A DNA stretch of 64,000 bases, taken from the NCBI GenBank assembly GCA_964016885.1, contig OZ024743.1:130510001-130574000 (forward strand), read 5' to 3'. The notes below the pieces were generated by a model. The model was given only the letters and a program-made list of their open reading frames with translations. It was not told the DNA's origin and searched no databases. Each line of letters starts with the position of its first letter. Position 1 is the first letter of the stretch. The stretch is from Eledone cirrhosa (taxonomy: Eukaryota). This document shows positions 12,301 to 25,300 of this stretch, piece after piece. The position numbers were made by a program, and so were the translations under genes.

Positions 12301-15300
12301 TCTTGGTGTTTGGTACTTGGTGTTTGGTGTTTGGTGCTTGGTGTTTGGTGCTTGGTGTTTGGTGCTTGGTGCTTGGTGTTTGATACTTGGTGCTTGGTGA
12401 TTAGTGTTTGGTGCATGGTGCTTGGTGTTTGTTGTTTGGTGCTTGGTGCTTGGTGTTTGGTGCTTGGTGCTTCCTGTTTGGTGTTTGGTGTTTGGTGCTT
12501 GGTACTTGGTGTTTGGTGCTTGGTGTTTGGTTCTTGGTGTATGTACTTGGTGCTTGGTGCTTGGTGTTTGGTGCTTGGTTCTTGGTGTTTGGTGCTTGGT
12601 GTTTGGTGTTTGGTGCTTGGTGTTTGGTGCTTGGTGCTTGGTGCTTGGTGTTAAGTGTTTGGTGCATGGTGCTTGGTGTTTGGTGCTTCGTGCTTGGTGC
12701 TTGGTGTTTGGTGCATGGTGCTTGATGTTTGGGGCTTGGTGCCTGGTGCTTGGTGTTTGGTGCTTGGTGCTTGGTGCTTGGTGTTTGGTGTTTGGTGCTT
12801 GGTGCTTGGTGTTTGGTGCTTGGTGTTTGGTGCTTGGTGTTCAGTGCTTGGTGCTTGGTGCTTGGTACTTGGTGTTAGGTTTTTGGTGCTTGGGGCTTGG
12901 TGTTTGGTGTTTGGTGCTTGGTGCTTGGTGTTTGGTGTTTGGTGCTTGGTGTTTGGTGCTTGGTGCTTTGTGCTTGGTGTTTGGTGCTGGGTGTATGGTG
13001 TTTGGTGCTTGGTGCTTGGTGCTTGGTGTTTGGTGTTTAGTGCTTGGTACTTGGTGTTTGGTGTTTGATGCTTGGTGTTTGATGCTTGTTGCTTGGTGCT
13101 TGGTGTTTTGTGTTTGGTGTTTGGTGCTTGGTGTTTGGTGCTTGGTGCTTGGTGTTTGGTGCTTGGTGTTTGGTGTTTGGTGTTTGGTGTTTGGTGCTTG
13201 GTGCTTGGTGTTTGGTGCTTGGTGCTTGGTGCTGGGTGTTTGGTGCTTGGTGCTTGGTGTTTGGTGCTTGGTGCTTGATGCTTGGTGCTTGGTGTTTGGT
13301 CCTTGGTCCTTGGTGCTTGGTCTTTGGTGCTTGGGGTTTGGTGTTTGGTGCTTGGTGCTTGGTGTTTGGTGCTTGGTGCTTGGTGCTTGGTGTTTGGTGT
13401 TTGGTGCTTGCTGCTTGGTGCTTGGTGTTTGGTGCTTGGTGCTTGGTGATTAGTGTTTGGTGCATGCTGCTTGGTGTTTGTTGTTTGGTGCTTGGTGCTT
13501 GGTGTTTGGTGCTTGGTGCTTGCTGTTTGGTGTTTGGTGTTTGGTGCTTGGTGCTTGGTGTTTGGTGTTTGGTGTTTGGTGTTTGGTGTTTGGTGCTTGG
13601 TGCTTGGTGTTTGGTGCTTGGTGTTTGGTGCTTGGTTTATGTACTTGGTGCTTGGTGCTTGGTGTTTGGTGCTTGGTTCTTGGTGTTTGGTGCTTGGTGC
13701 TTGGTGCTTGGTGTTTGGAGCTTGGTGCTTGGTGTTTGGTACTTGGTGCTTGGTTTTTGGTGTTTGGTGCTTGGTGTTTGGTGCTTGGTGCTTGGTGCTT
13801 GGTGTTAAGTGTTTGGTGCTTGGTGCTTCGTGTTTGGTGCTTCGTGCTTGGTGCTTGGTGTTTGGTGCATGGTGCTTGATGTTTGGGGCTTGGTGCCTGG
13901 TGCTTGGTGTTTGGTGCTTGGTGCTTGGTGCTTGGTGTTTGGTGTTTGGTGCTTGGTGCTTGGTGTTTGGTGCTTGGTGTTTGGTGCTTGGTGTTCGGTG
14001 CTTGGTGCTTGGTGCTTGGTACTTGGTGTTAGGTTTTTGGTGCTTGGGGCTTGGTGTTTGGTGTTTGGTGCTTGGTGCTTGGTGTTTGGTGTTTGGTGCT
14101 TGGTGTTTGGTGTTTGGTGCTTTGTGCTTGGTGTTTGGTGCTGTGTGTATGGTGTTTGGTGCTTGGTGCTTGGTGCTTGGTGTTTGGTGTTTGGTGCTTG
14201 GTACTTGGTGTTTGGTGTTTGATGCTTGGTGTTTGATGCTTGTTGCTTGGTGCTTGGTGTTTTGTGTTTGGTGTTTGGTGCTTGGTGTATGTACTTGGTG
14301 CTTGGTGCTTGGTGTTTGGTGCTTGGTTCTTGGTGTTTGGTGCTTGGTGCTTGGTGCTTGGTGTTTGGTGCTTGGTGCTTGGTGTTTGGTGCTTGGTGTT
14401 TGGTGTTTGGTGCTTGGTGTTTGGTACTTGGTGCTTGGTGCTTTGTTTTAAGTGTTTAGTGCTTGGTGCTTGGTGTTTGGTGCTTCGTGCTTGGTGCTTG
14501 GTGTTTGGTGCATGGTGCTTGGTGTTTGGGGCTTGGTGCCTGGTGCTTTGTGTTTGGTGCTAGGTGCTTGGTGCTTGGTCTTTGGTGCTTGGTGCTTGGT
14601 GCTTGGTGCTTGGTGTTTGGTGCTTGGTGCTTGGTGCTTGGTTATTAGTGCTTGGTGCTTGGTGTTTGGTGTTTAATGCTTGGTGCTTGGTGCTTGGTGT
14701 TTGGTGCTTGGTGCTTGGTGCTTGGTGTTTGGCGTTTGCTCTTTGCTGTTTGGTGTTTGGTGCTTGCTGTTTGGTGTTTGGTGTTTGGTGTTTGGTGCTT
14801 GGTGCTGGGTGTTTGGTGCTTGGTGCTTGGTGTTTGGTGCTTGGTGCTTGGTGCTTGGTGCTTGGTCTTTGGTGCTTGGTGTTTGGTGTTTGGTGCTTGG
14901 TGCTTGGTGTTTGGTGCTTGGGGCTTGGTGTTTGGTGCTTGGTGATTGCTGCTTGGTGTTTGGTGTTTGGTGCTTGGTGCTTGGTGCTTGGTGATTAGTG
15001 TTTGGTGCTTGGTGCTTGGTGCCTTGTGCTTGGTGCTTGGTGCTTGTTGTTTGGTGCTTGGAGCTTGGTGATTAGTGTTTGGTGCTTGGTGCTTGGTGCC
15101 TGGTGCTTGGTGCTTGTTGTTTGGTGCTTGGTGCTTGGTGATTAATATTTGGTGCCTGGTGCTTGGTGCTTGCTGTTTGGTGGTTGCTGTTTGGTGCTTG
15201 GTGTTTGGTGCTTGGTGCTTGGTGCTGGGTGGTTGGTGTTTGGTGCTTGGTGCTTGGTGTTTGGTGCTTGGTGCTTGGTGCTTGTTGTTTGGTGCTTGGT

Positions 15301-17700
15301 GCTTGGTCTTTGGTGCTTGGTGTTTGGTGTGTGGTGCTTGGTGCTTGGTGCTTGGTTTTTGGTGCTTGGTGCTTGGTGCTTGGTGTTTGGTGCTTGGTGC
15401 TTGGTGCTTGTTGTTTGGCTTTTGGTGCTTGGTGCTTGGTGTTTGGTGCTTGGTGCCTGGTGCTTGGTGTTTGGTGCTTGGTGCTTGGTGTTTGCTGATT
15501 GGTGCTTGGTGCTTGGTGCTTAGTGCTTGGTGTTTGGTGTTTGGTGTTTGGTGTTTGGTGTTTCGTGCTTGGTGTCTAGTGTTTGGGTTTTGGTGTTTGG
15601 TGCTTTGTGCTTAGTGTTTGGTGTTTGGTGCTTGGTGCTTGGTGTTTGGTGTTTGGTGCTTGGTGTTTGGTGCTGGGTGCTTTGTGCTTGGTGTTTGGTG
15701 CTGGGTGTATGGTGTTTGGTGCTTGGTGCTTGGTGCTTGGTGTTTGGTGTTTGGTGCTTGGTACTTGGTGTTTGGTGTTTGATGCTTGGTGTTTGATGCT
15801 TGTTGCTTGGTGCTTGGTGTTTTGTGTTTGGTGTTTGGTGCTTGGTGTATGTACTTGGTGCTTGGTGCTTGGTGTTCGGTGCTTGGTTCTTGGTGTTTGG
15901 TGCTTGGTGCTTGGTGTTTGGTGCTTGGTGTTTGGTGTTTGGTGCTTGGTGTTTGGTACTTGGTGCTTGGTGCTTGGTGTTAAGTGTTTGGTGCTTGGTG
16001 CTTGGTGTTTGGTGCTTCGTGCTTGGTTCTTGGTGTTTGGTGCATGGTGCTTGGTGTTTGGGGCTTGGTGCCTGGTGCTTTGTGTTTGGTGCTAGGTGCT
16101 TGGTGCTTGGTCTTTGGTGTTTGGTGCTTGGTGCTTGGTGCTTGGTGTTTGGTGCTTGGTGCTTGGTGCTTGGTTATTAATGTTTGGTGCTTGGTGCTTG
16201 GGGTTTGGTGTTTGGTGCTTGGTGCTTGGTGTTTGGTGTTTGCTGTATGGTGTTTGCTGTTTCGTGTTTGGTGTTTGCTGTTTGGTGTTTAATGCTTGGT
16301 GCTTGGTGCTTGGTGTTTGGTGCTTGGTGCTTGGTGCTTGGTGTTTGGCGTTTGCTCTTTGCTGTTTGGTGTTTGGTGCTTGCTGTTTGGTGTTTGGTGT
16401 TTGGTGTTTGGTGTTTGGTGCTTGCTGTTTGGTGCTTGGTGCTTGGTGCTGGGTGTTTGGTGCTTGGTGCTGGGTGTTTGGTGCTTGGTGCTTGGTGTTT
16501 GGTCCTTGGTGCTTGGTGCTTGGTCTTTGGTGCTTGGGGTTTGGTGTTTGGTGCTTGGTGCTCGGTGTTTGGTGCTTGGTGCTTGGTGCTTGGTGTTTGG
16601 TGTTTGGTGCTTGCTGCTTGGTGCTTGGTGTTTGGTGCTTGGTCCTTGGTGATTAGTGTTTGGTGCATGGTGCTTGGTGTTTGTTGTTTGGTGCTTGGTG
16701 CTTGGTGTTTGGTGCTTGGTGCTTGCTGTTTGGTGTTTGGTGTTTGGTGCTTGGTGCTTGGTGTTTGGTGCTTGGTGTTTGGTTCTTGGTGTATGTACTT
16801 GGTGCTTGGTGCTTGGTGTTTGGTGCTTGGTTCTTGGTGTTTGGTGCTTGGTGTTTGGTGCTTGGTGTTTGGTGCTTGGTGCTTGGTGTTTGGTACTTGG
16901 TGCTTGGTGATTAGTGTTTGGTGCATGGTGCTTGGTGTTTGTTGTTTGGTGCTTGGTGCTTGGTGTTTGGTGCTTGGTGCTTGCTGTTTGGTGTTTGGTG
17001 TTTGGTGCTTGGTGCTTGGTGTTTGGTGCTTGGTGTTTGGTTCTTGGTGTATGTACTTGGTGCTTGGTGCTTGGTGTTTGGTGCTTGGTTCTTGGTGTTT
17101 GGTGCTTGGTGTTTGGTGTTTGGTGCTTGGTGTTTGGTGCTTGGTGCTTGGTGCTTGGTGTTATGTGTTTGGTGCATGGTGCTTGGTGTTTGGTGCTTTG
17201 TGCTTGGTGCTTGGTGTTTGGTGCATGGTGCTTGATGTTTGGGGCTTGGTGCCTGGTGCTTGGTGTTTGGTGCTTGGTGCATGGTGCTTGGTGTTTGGTG
17301 TTTGGTGCTTGGTGCTTGGTGTTTGGTGCTTGGTGTTTGGTGCTTGGTGTTCGGTGCTTGGTGCTTGGTGCTTGGTACTTGGTGTTAGGTTTTTGGTGCT
17401 TGGGGCTTGGTGTTTGGTGTTTGGTGCTTGGTGCTTGGTGTTTGGTGTTTGGTGCTTGGTGTTTGGTGCTTGGTGCTTTGTGCTTGGTGTTTGGTGCTGG
17501 GTGTATGGTGTTTGGTGCTTGGTGCTTGGTGCTTGGTGTTTGGTGTTTGGTGCTTGGTACTTGGTGTTTGGTGTTTGATGCTTGGTGTTTGATGCTTGTT
17601 GCTTGGTGCTTGGTGTTTTGTGTTTGGTGTTTGGTGCTTGGTGTTTGGTGCTTGGTGCTTGGTGTTTTGTGCTTGGTGTTTGGTGTTTGGTGCTTGGTGT
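9400..17700 (+). repeat. Diverged ~4.5 kb duplication (~9.4-13.2 kb copied at ~13.9-17.7 kb)
   Basis: Matching ORF-track segments lie at offsets 4552 (9674/14226), 4538 (11045/15583), 4531 (11565/16096) and 4510 (12404/16914). The offsets differ by multiples of 7. Confidence 0.8.
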
Positions 17701-20700
17701 TTGTTACTTGGTGCTTGGTGCTTGGTGTTAAGTGTTTGGTGCTTGGTGCTTGGTGTTTGGTGCTTCGTGCTTGGTGCTTGGTGTTTGGTGCATGGTGCTT
17801 GGTGTTTGAGGCTTGGTGCCTGGTGCTTTGTGTTTGGTGCTAGGTGCTTGGTGCTTGGTCTTTGGTGTTTGGTGTTGGTGCTTGGTGCTTGGTGTATGGT
17901 GCTTGGTGATTGGTGCTTGGTGCTTGGTTATTAGTGTTTGGTGCTTGGTGCTTGTGGTTTGGTGTTTGGTGCTTGGTGCTTGGTGTTTGGTGTTTGCTGT
18001 ATGGTGTTTGCTGTTTCGTGTTTGGTGTTTGCTGTTTGGTGTTTAATGCTTGGTGCATGGTGTTTGGTGTTTGGTGTTTGGTGTTTGGTGTTTGGTGCTT
18101 GCTGTTTGGTGCTTGGTGCTTGGTGTTTGGTGTTTGGTGTTTGGTGCTTGGTGCTTGGTGTTTGGTGCTTGGTGCTTGGTGCTGGGTGTTTGGTGCTTGG
18201 TGCTTGGTGTTTGGTGCTTGGTGCTTGATGCTTGGTGCTTGGTGTTTGTTGTTTGGTGCTTGGTGCTTGGTGTTTGGTGCTTGGTGCTTGCTGTTTGGTG
18301 TTTGGTGTTTGGTGCTTGGGGCTTGGTCTTTGGTGTTTGGTGTTTGGTGTTTGGTGCTAGGTGCTTGGTGTTTGGTGCTTGGTGTTTGGTGCTTGGTGTT
18401 CGGTGCTTGGTGCTTGGTGCTTGGTACTTGGTGTTAGGTTTTTGGTGCTTGGGGCTTGGTGTTTGGTGTTTGGTGCTTGGTGCTTGGTATTTGGTGTTTG
18501 GTGCTTGGTGTTTGGTGTTTGGTGCTTTGTGCTTGGTGTTTGGTGCTGGGTGTATGGTGTTTGGTGCTTGGTGCTTGGTGCTTGGTGTTTGGTGTTTGGT
18601 GCTTGGTACTTGGTGTTTGGTGTTTGATGCTTGGTGTTTGATGCTTGTTGCTTGGTGCTTGGTGTTTTGTGTTTGGTGTTTGGTGCTTGGTGTATGTACT
18701 TGGTGCTTGGTGCTTGGTGTTTGGTGCTTGGTTCTTGGTGTTTGGTGCTTGGTGCTTGGTGCTTGGTGTTTGGTGCTTGGTGCTTGGTGTTTGGTGCTTG
18801 TTGTGTGGTGTTTGGTGCTTGGTGTTTGGTACTTGGTGCTTGGTGCTTGGTTTTAAGTGTTTAGTGCTTGGTGCTTGGTGCTTGGTGTTTGGTGCTTCGT
18901 GCTTGGTGCTTGGTGTTTGGTGCATGGTGCTTGGTGTTTGGGGCTTGGTGCCTGGTGCTTTGTGTTTGGTGCTAGGAGCTTGGTGCTTGGTCTTTGGTGC
19001 TTGGTGCTTGGTGCTTGGTGCTTGGTGTTTGGTGCTTGGTGCTTGGTGCTTGGTTATTAGTGTTTGGTGCTTGGTGCTTGGGGTTTGGTGTTTGGTGCTT
19101 GGTGCTTGGTGTTTGGTGTTTGCTGTATGGTGTTTGCTGTTTGGTGTTTGGTGTTTGCTGTTTGGTGTTTAATGCTTGGTGCTTGGTGCTTGGTGTTTGG
19201 TGGTTGGTGCTTGGTGCTTGGTGTTTGGCGTTTGCTCTTTGCTGTTTGGTGTTTGGTGCTTGCTGTTTGGTGGTTGGTGTTTGGTGTTTGGTGTTTGGTG
19301 CTTGCTGTTTGGTGCTTGGTGCTTGGTGTTTGGTGGTTGGTGCTTGGTGCTGGGTGTTTGGTGCTTGTTGCTTGGTGCTTGGTGCTTGGTGCTTGGTGCT
19401 TGGTGCTTGGTCTTTGGTGCTTGGTGTTTGGTGTTTTGTGCTTGGTGCTTGGTGTTTGGTGCTTGGGGCTTGGTGTTTGGTGCTTGGTGATTGCTGCTTG
19501 GTGTTTGGTGTTTGGTGCTTGGTGCTTGGTGCTTGGTGATTAGTGTTTGGTGCTTGGTGCTTGGTGCCTTGTGCTTGGTGCTTGGTGCTTGTTGTTTGGT
19601 GCTTGGTGCTTGGTGATTAGTGTTTGGTGCTTGGTGCTTGGTGCTTGCTGTTTGGTCTTTGGTGTTTGGTGCTTGGTGCTTGGTGTTTGGTTCTTGGTGT
19701 ATGTTCTTGGTGCTTGGTGCTTTGTGTTTGGTGCTTGGTTCTTGGTGTTTGGTGCTTGGTGTTTGGTGTTTGGTGCTTGGTGTTTGGTGCTTGGTGCTTG
19801 GTGCTTGGTGTTAAGTGTTTGGTGCATGGTGCTTGGTGTTTGGTGCTTCGTGCTTGGTGCTTGGTGTTTGGTGCATGGTGCTTGATGTTTGAGGCTTGGT
19901 GCCTGGTGCTTGGTGTTTGGTGCTTGGTGCTTGGTGCTTGGTGTTTGGTGTTTGGTGCTTGGTGCTTGGTGTTTGGTGCTTGGTGTTTGGTGCTTGGTGT
20001 TCGGTGCTTGGTGCTTGGTGCTTGGTACTTGGTGTTAGGTTTTTGGTGCTTGGGGCTTGGTGTTTGGTGTTTGGTGCTTGGTGCTTGGTGTTTGGTGTTT
20101 GGTGCTTGGTGTTTGGTGCTTGGTGCTTTGTGCTTGGTGTTTGGTGCTGGGTGTATGGTGTTTGGTGCTTGGTGCTTGGTGCTTGGTGTTTGGTGTTTGG
20201 TGCTTGGTACTTGGTGTTTGGTGTTTGATGCTTGGTGTTTGATGCTTGTTGCTTGGTGCTTGGTGTTTTGTGTTTGGTGTTTGGTGCTTGGTGTTTGGTG
20301 CTTGGTGCTTGGTGTTTGGTGCTTGGTGTTTGGTGTTTGGTGCTTGGTGTTTGTTACTTGGTGCTTGGTGCTTGGTGTTAAGTGTTTGGTGCTTGGTGCT
20401 TGGTGTTTGGTGCTTCGTGCTTGGTGTTTGGTGTTTGGTGCATGGTGCTTGGTGTTTGAGGCTTGGTGCCTGGTGCTTTGTGTTTGGTGCTAGGTGCTTG
20501 GTGCTTGGTCTTTGGTGTTTGGTGTTGGTGCTTGGTGCTTGGTGTTTGGTGCTTGGTGATTGGTGCTTGGTGCTTGGTTATTAGTGTTTGGTGCTTGGTG
20601 CTTGTGGTTTGGTGTTTGGTGCTTGGTGCTTGGTGTTTGGTGTTTGCTGTATGGTGTTTGCTGTTTCGTGTTTGGTGTTTGCTGTTTGGTGTTTAATGCT

Positions 20701-22300
20701 TGGTGCATGGTGTTTGGTGTTTGGTGTTTGGTGTTTGGTGTTTGGTGCTTGCTGTTTGGTGCTTGGTGCTTGGTATTTGGTGTTTGGTGTTTGGTGCTTG
20801 GTGCTTGGTGTTTGGTGCTTGGTGCTTGGTGCTGGGTGTTTGGTGCTTGGTGCTTGGTGTTTGGTGCTTGGTGCTTGATGCTTGGTGCTTGGTGTTTGTT
20901 GTTTGGTGCTTGGTGCTTGGTGTTTGGTGCTTGGTGCTTGCTGTTTGGTGTTTGCTGTTTGGTGCTTGGTGCTTGGTCTTTGGTGTTTGGTGTTTGGTGT
21001 TTGGTGCTAGGTGTTTGGTGTTTGGTGCTTGGTGTTTGGTGCTTGGTGTTCGGTGCTTGGTGCTTGGTGCTTGGTACTTGGTGTTAGGTTTTTGGTGCTT
21101 GGGGCTTGGTGTTTGGTGTTTGGTGCTTGGTGCTTGGTATTTGGTGTTTGGTGCTTGGTGTTTGGTGTTTGGTGCTTTGTGATTGGTGTTTGGTGCTGGG
21201 TGTATGGTGTTTGGTGCTTGGTGCTTGGTGCTTGGTGTTTGGTGTTTGGTGCTTGGTACTTGGTGTTTGGTGTTTGATGCTTGGTGTTTGATGCTTTTTG
21301 CTTGGTGCTTGGTGTTTTGTGTTTGGTGTTTGGTGCTTGGTGTATGTACTTGGTGCTTGGTGCTTGGTGTTTGGTGCTTGGTTCTTGGTGTTTGGTGCTT
21401 GGTGCTTGGTGCTTGGTGTTTGGTGCTTGGTGCTTGGTGTTTGGTGCTTGGTGTTTGGTGTTTGGTGCTTGGTGTTTGGTACTTGGTGCTTGGTGCTTGG
21501 TTTTAAGTGTTTAGTGCTTGGTGCTTGGTGTTTGGTGCTTCGTGCTTGGTGCTTGGTGTTTGGTGCATGGTGCTTGGTGTTTGGGGCTTGGTGCCTGGTG
21601 CTTTGTGTTTGGTGCTAGGAGCTTGGTGCTTGGTCTTTGGTGCTTGGTGCTTGGTGCTTGGTGCTTGGTGTTTGGTGCTTGGTGCTTGGTGCTTGGTTAT
21701 TAGTGTTTGGTGCTTGGTGCTTGGGGTTTGGTGTTTGGTGCTTGGTGCTTGGTGTTTGGTGTTTGCTGTATGGTGTTTGCTGTTTGGTGTTTGGTGTTTG
21801 CTGTTTGGTGTTTAATGCTTGGTGCTTGGTGCTTGGTGTTTGGTGGTTGGTGCTTGGTGCTTGGTGTTTGGCGTTTGCTCTTTGCTGTTTGGTGTTTGGT
21901 GCTTGCTGTTTGGTGGTTGGTGTTTGGTGTTTGGTGTTTGGTGCTTGCTGTTTGGTGCTTGGTGCTTGGTGTTTGGTGTTTGGTGTTTGGTGCTTGGTGC
22001 TTGGTGTTTGGTGGTTGGTGCTTGGTGCTGGGTGTTTGGTGCTTGTTGCTTGGTGCTTGGTGCTTGGTGCTTGGTGCTTGGTGCTTGGTCTTTGGTGCTT
22101 GGTGTTTGGTGTTTGGTGCTTGGTGCTTGGTGTTTGGTGCTTGGGGCTTGGTGTTTGGTGCTTGGTGATTGCTGCTTGGTGTTTGGAGTTTGGTGCTTGG
22201 TGCTTGGTGCTTGGTGATTAGTGTTTGGTGCTTGGTGCTTGGTGCCTTGTGCTTGGTGCTTGGTGCTTGTTGTTTGGTGCTTGGTGCTTGGTGATTAGTG
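17010..22300 (+). repeat. Tandem duplication with period 2650 bp (2643 distally)
   Basis: Pairs 17596/20246, 17813/20463, 18456/21106 and 19064/21707 match. The copies share a 6-bp monomer (17871/20521) and GCTAGGAG (18971/21614). Confidence 0.88.
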
Positions 22301-25300
22301 TTTGGTGCTTGGTGCTTGGTACCTGGTGCTTGGTGCTTGTTGTTTGGTGCTTGGTGCTTGGTGATTAGTGTTTGGTGCCTGGTGCTTGGTGCTTGCTGTT
22401 TGGTGGTTGCTGTTTGGTGATTGGTGTTTGGTGCTTGGTGCTTGGTGCCGGGTGGTTGGTGTTTGGGGCTTGGTGCTTGGTGTTTGGTGCTTGGTGCTTG
22501 GTGCTTGTTGTTTGGTGCTTGGTGCTTGGTCTTTGGTGCTTGGTGCTTGGTGTTTGGTGTTTGGTGTTTGGTGTTTCGTGCTTGGTGTCTAGTGTTTGGG
22601 TTTTGGTGTTTGGCGCTTGGTGCTTAGTGTTTGGTGTTTGGTGCTTGGTGCTTGGTGTTTGGTGCTGGGTGCTTTGTGCTTGGTGTTTGGTGCTGGGTGT
22701 ATGGTGTTTGGTGCTTGGTGCTTGGTGCTTGGTGTTTGGTGTTTGATGCTTGGTGTTTGATGCTTGTTGCTTGGTGCTTGGTGTTTTGTGTTTGGTGTTT
22801 GGTGCTTGGTGTATGTACTTGGTGCTTGGTGCTTGGTGTTTGGTGCTTGGTTCTTGGTGTTTGGTGCTTGGTGCTTGGTGTTTGGTGCTTGGTGTTTGGT
22901 GTTTGGTGCTTGGTGTTTGGTACTTGGTGCTTGGTGCTTGGTGTTAAGTGTTTGGTGCTTGGTGCTTGGTGTTTGGTGCTTCGTGCTTGGTTCTTGGTGT
23001 TTGGTGCATGGTGCTTGGTGTTTGGGGCTTGGTGCCTGGTGCTTTGTGTTTGGTGCTAGGTGCTTGGTGCTTGGTCTTTGGTGTTTGGTGCTTGGTGCTT
23101 GGTGCTTGGTGTTTGGTGCTTGGTGCTTGGTGCTTGGTTATTAGTGTTTGGTGCTTGGTGCTTGGGGTTTGGTGTTTGGTGCTTGGTGCTTGGTGTTTGG
23201 TGTTTGCTGTATGGTGTTTGCTGTTTCGTGTTTGGTGTTTGCTGTTTGGTGTTTAATGCTTGGTGCTTGGTGCTTGGTGTTTGGTGCTTGGTGCTTGGTG
23301 CTTGGTGTTTGGCGTTTGCTCTTTGCTGTTTGGTGTTTGGTGCTTGCTGTTTGGTGTTTGGTGTTTGGTGTTTGGTGTTTGGTGCTTGCTGTTTGGTGCT
23401 TGGTGCTTGGTGCTGGGTGTTTGGTGCTTGGTGCTTGATGCTTGGTGCTTGGTGTTTGGTCCTTGGGGCTTGGTGCTTGGTCTTTGGTGCTTGGGATTTG
23501 GTGTTTGGTGCATGGTGCTCGGTGTTTGGTGCTTGGTGCTTGGTGCTTGGTGTTTGGTGTTTGGTGCTTGCTGCTTGGTGCTTGGTGTTTGGTGCTTGGT
23601 CCTTGGTGATTAGTGTTTGGTGCATGGTGCTTGGTGTTTGTTGTTTGGTGCTTGGTGCTTGGTGTTTGGTGCTTGGTGCTTGCTGTTTGGTGTTTGGTGT
23701 TTGGTGCTTGGTGCTTGGTGTTTGGTGCTTGGTGTTTGGTTCTTGGTGTGTGTACTTGGTGCTTGGTGCTTGGTGTTTGGTGCTTGGTTCTTGGTGTTTG
23801 GTGCTTGGTGTTTGGTGCTTGGTGTTTGGTGCTTGGTGCTTGGTGTTTGGTACTTGGTGCTTGGTGTTTGGTGTTTGGTGCTTGGTGTTTGGTGCTTGGT
23901 GCTTGGTGCTTGGTGTTAAGTGTCTGGTGCATGGTGCTTGGTGTTTGGTGCTTCGTGCTTGGTGCTTGGTGTTTGGTGCATGGTGCTTGATGTTTGGGGC
24001 TTGGTGCCTGGTGCTTGGTGTTTGGTGCTTGGTGCTTGGTGCTTGGTGTTTGGTGTTTGGTGCTTGGTGCTTGGTGTTTGGTGCTTGGTGTTTGGTGATT
24101 GGTGTTCGGTGCTTGGTGGTTGGTGCTTGGTACTTGGTGTTAGGTTTTTGGTGCTTGGGGCTTGGTGTTTGGTGTTTGGTGCTTGGTGCTTGGTGTTTGG
24201 TGTTTGGTGCTTGGTGTTTGGTGCTTGGTGCTTTGTGCTTGGTGTTTGGTGCTGGGTGTATGGTGTTTGGTGCTTGGTGCTTGGTGCTTGGTGTTTGGTG
24301 TTTGGTGCTTGATACTTGGTGTTTGGTGTTTGATGCTTGGTGTTTGATGCTTGTTGCTTGGTGCTTGGTGTTTTGTGTTTGGTGTTTGGTGCTTGGTGTT
24401 TGGTGCTTGGTGCTTGGTGCTTGGTGTTTGGTGCTTGGTGTTTGGTGCTTGGTGTTCGGTGCTTGGTGCTTGGTGCTTGGTACTTGGTGTTAGGTTTTTG
24501 GTGCTTGGGGCTTGGTGTTTGGTGTTTGGTGCTTGGTGCTTGGTGTTTGGTGTTTGGTGCTTGGTGTTTGGTGCTTGGTGCTTTGTGCTTGGTGTTTGGT
24601 GCTGGGTGTATGGTGTTTGGTGCTTGGTGCTTGGTGCTTGGTGTTTGGTGTTTGGTGCTTGGTACTTGGTGTTTGGTGTTTGATGCTTGGTGTTTGATGC
24701 TTGTTGCTTGGTGCTTGGTGTTTTGTGTTTGGTGTTTGGTGCTTGGTGTTTGGTGCTTGGTGCTTGGTGTTTGGTGCTTGGTGTTTGGTGTTTGGTGCTT
24801 GGTGTTTGTTACTTGGTGCTTGGTGCTTGGTGTTAAGTGTTTGGTGCTTGGTGCTTGGTGTTTGGTGCTTCGTGCTTGGTGTTTGGTGTTTGGTGCATGG
24901 TGCTTGGTGTTTGAGGCTTGGTGCCTGGTGCTTTGTGTTTGGTGCTAGGTGCTTGGTGCTTGGTCTTTGGTGTTTGGTGTTGGTGCTTGGTGCTTGGTGT
25001 TTGGTGCTTGGTGATTGGTGCTTGGTGCTTGGTTATTAGTGTTTGGTGCTTGGTGCTTGTGGTTTGGTGTTTGGTGCTTGGTGCTTGGTGTTTGGTGTTT
25101 GCTGTATGGTGTTTGCTGTTTCGTGTTTGGTGTTTGCTGTTTGGTGTTTAATGCTTGGTGCATGGTGTTTGGTGTTTGGTGTTTGGTGTTTGGTGTTTGG
25201 TGCTTGCTGTTTGGTGCTTGGTGCTTGGTATTTGGTGTTTGGTGTTTGGTGCTTGGTGCTTGGTGTTTGGTGCTTGGTGCTTGGTGCTGGGTGTTTGGTG

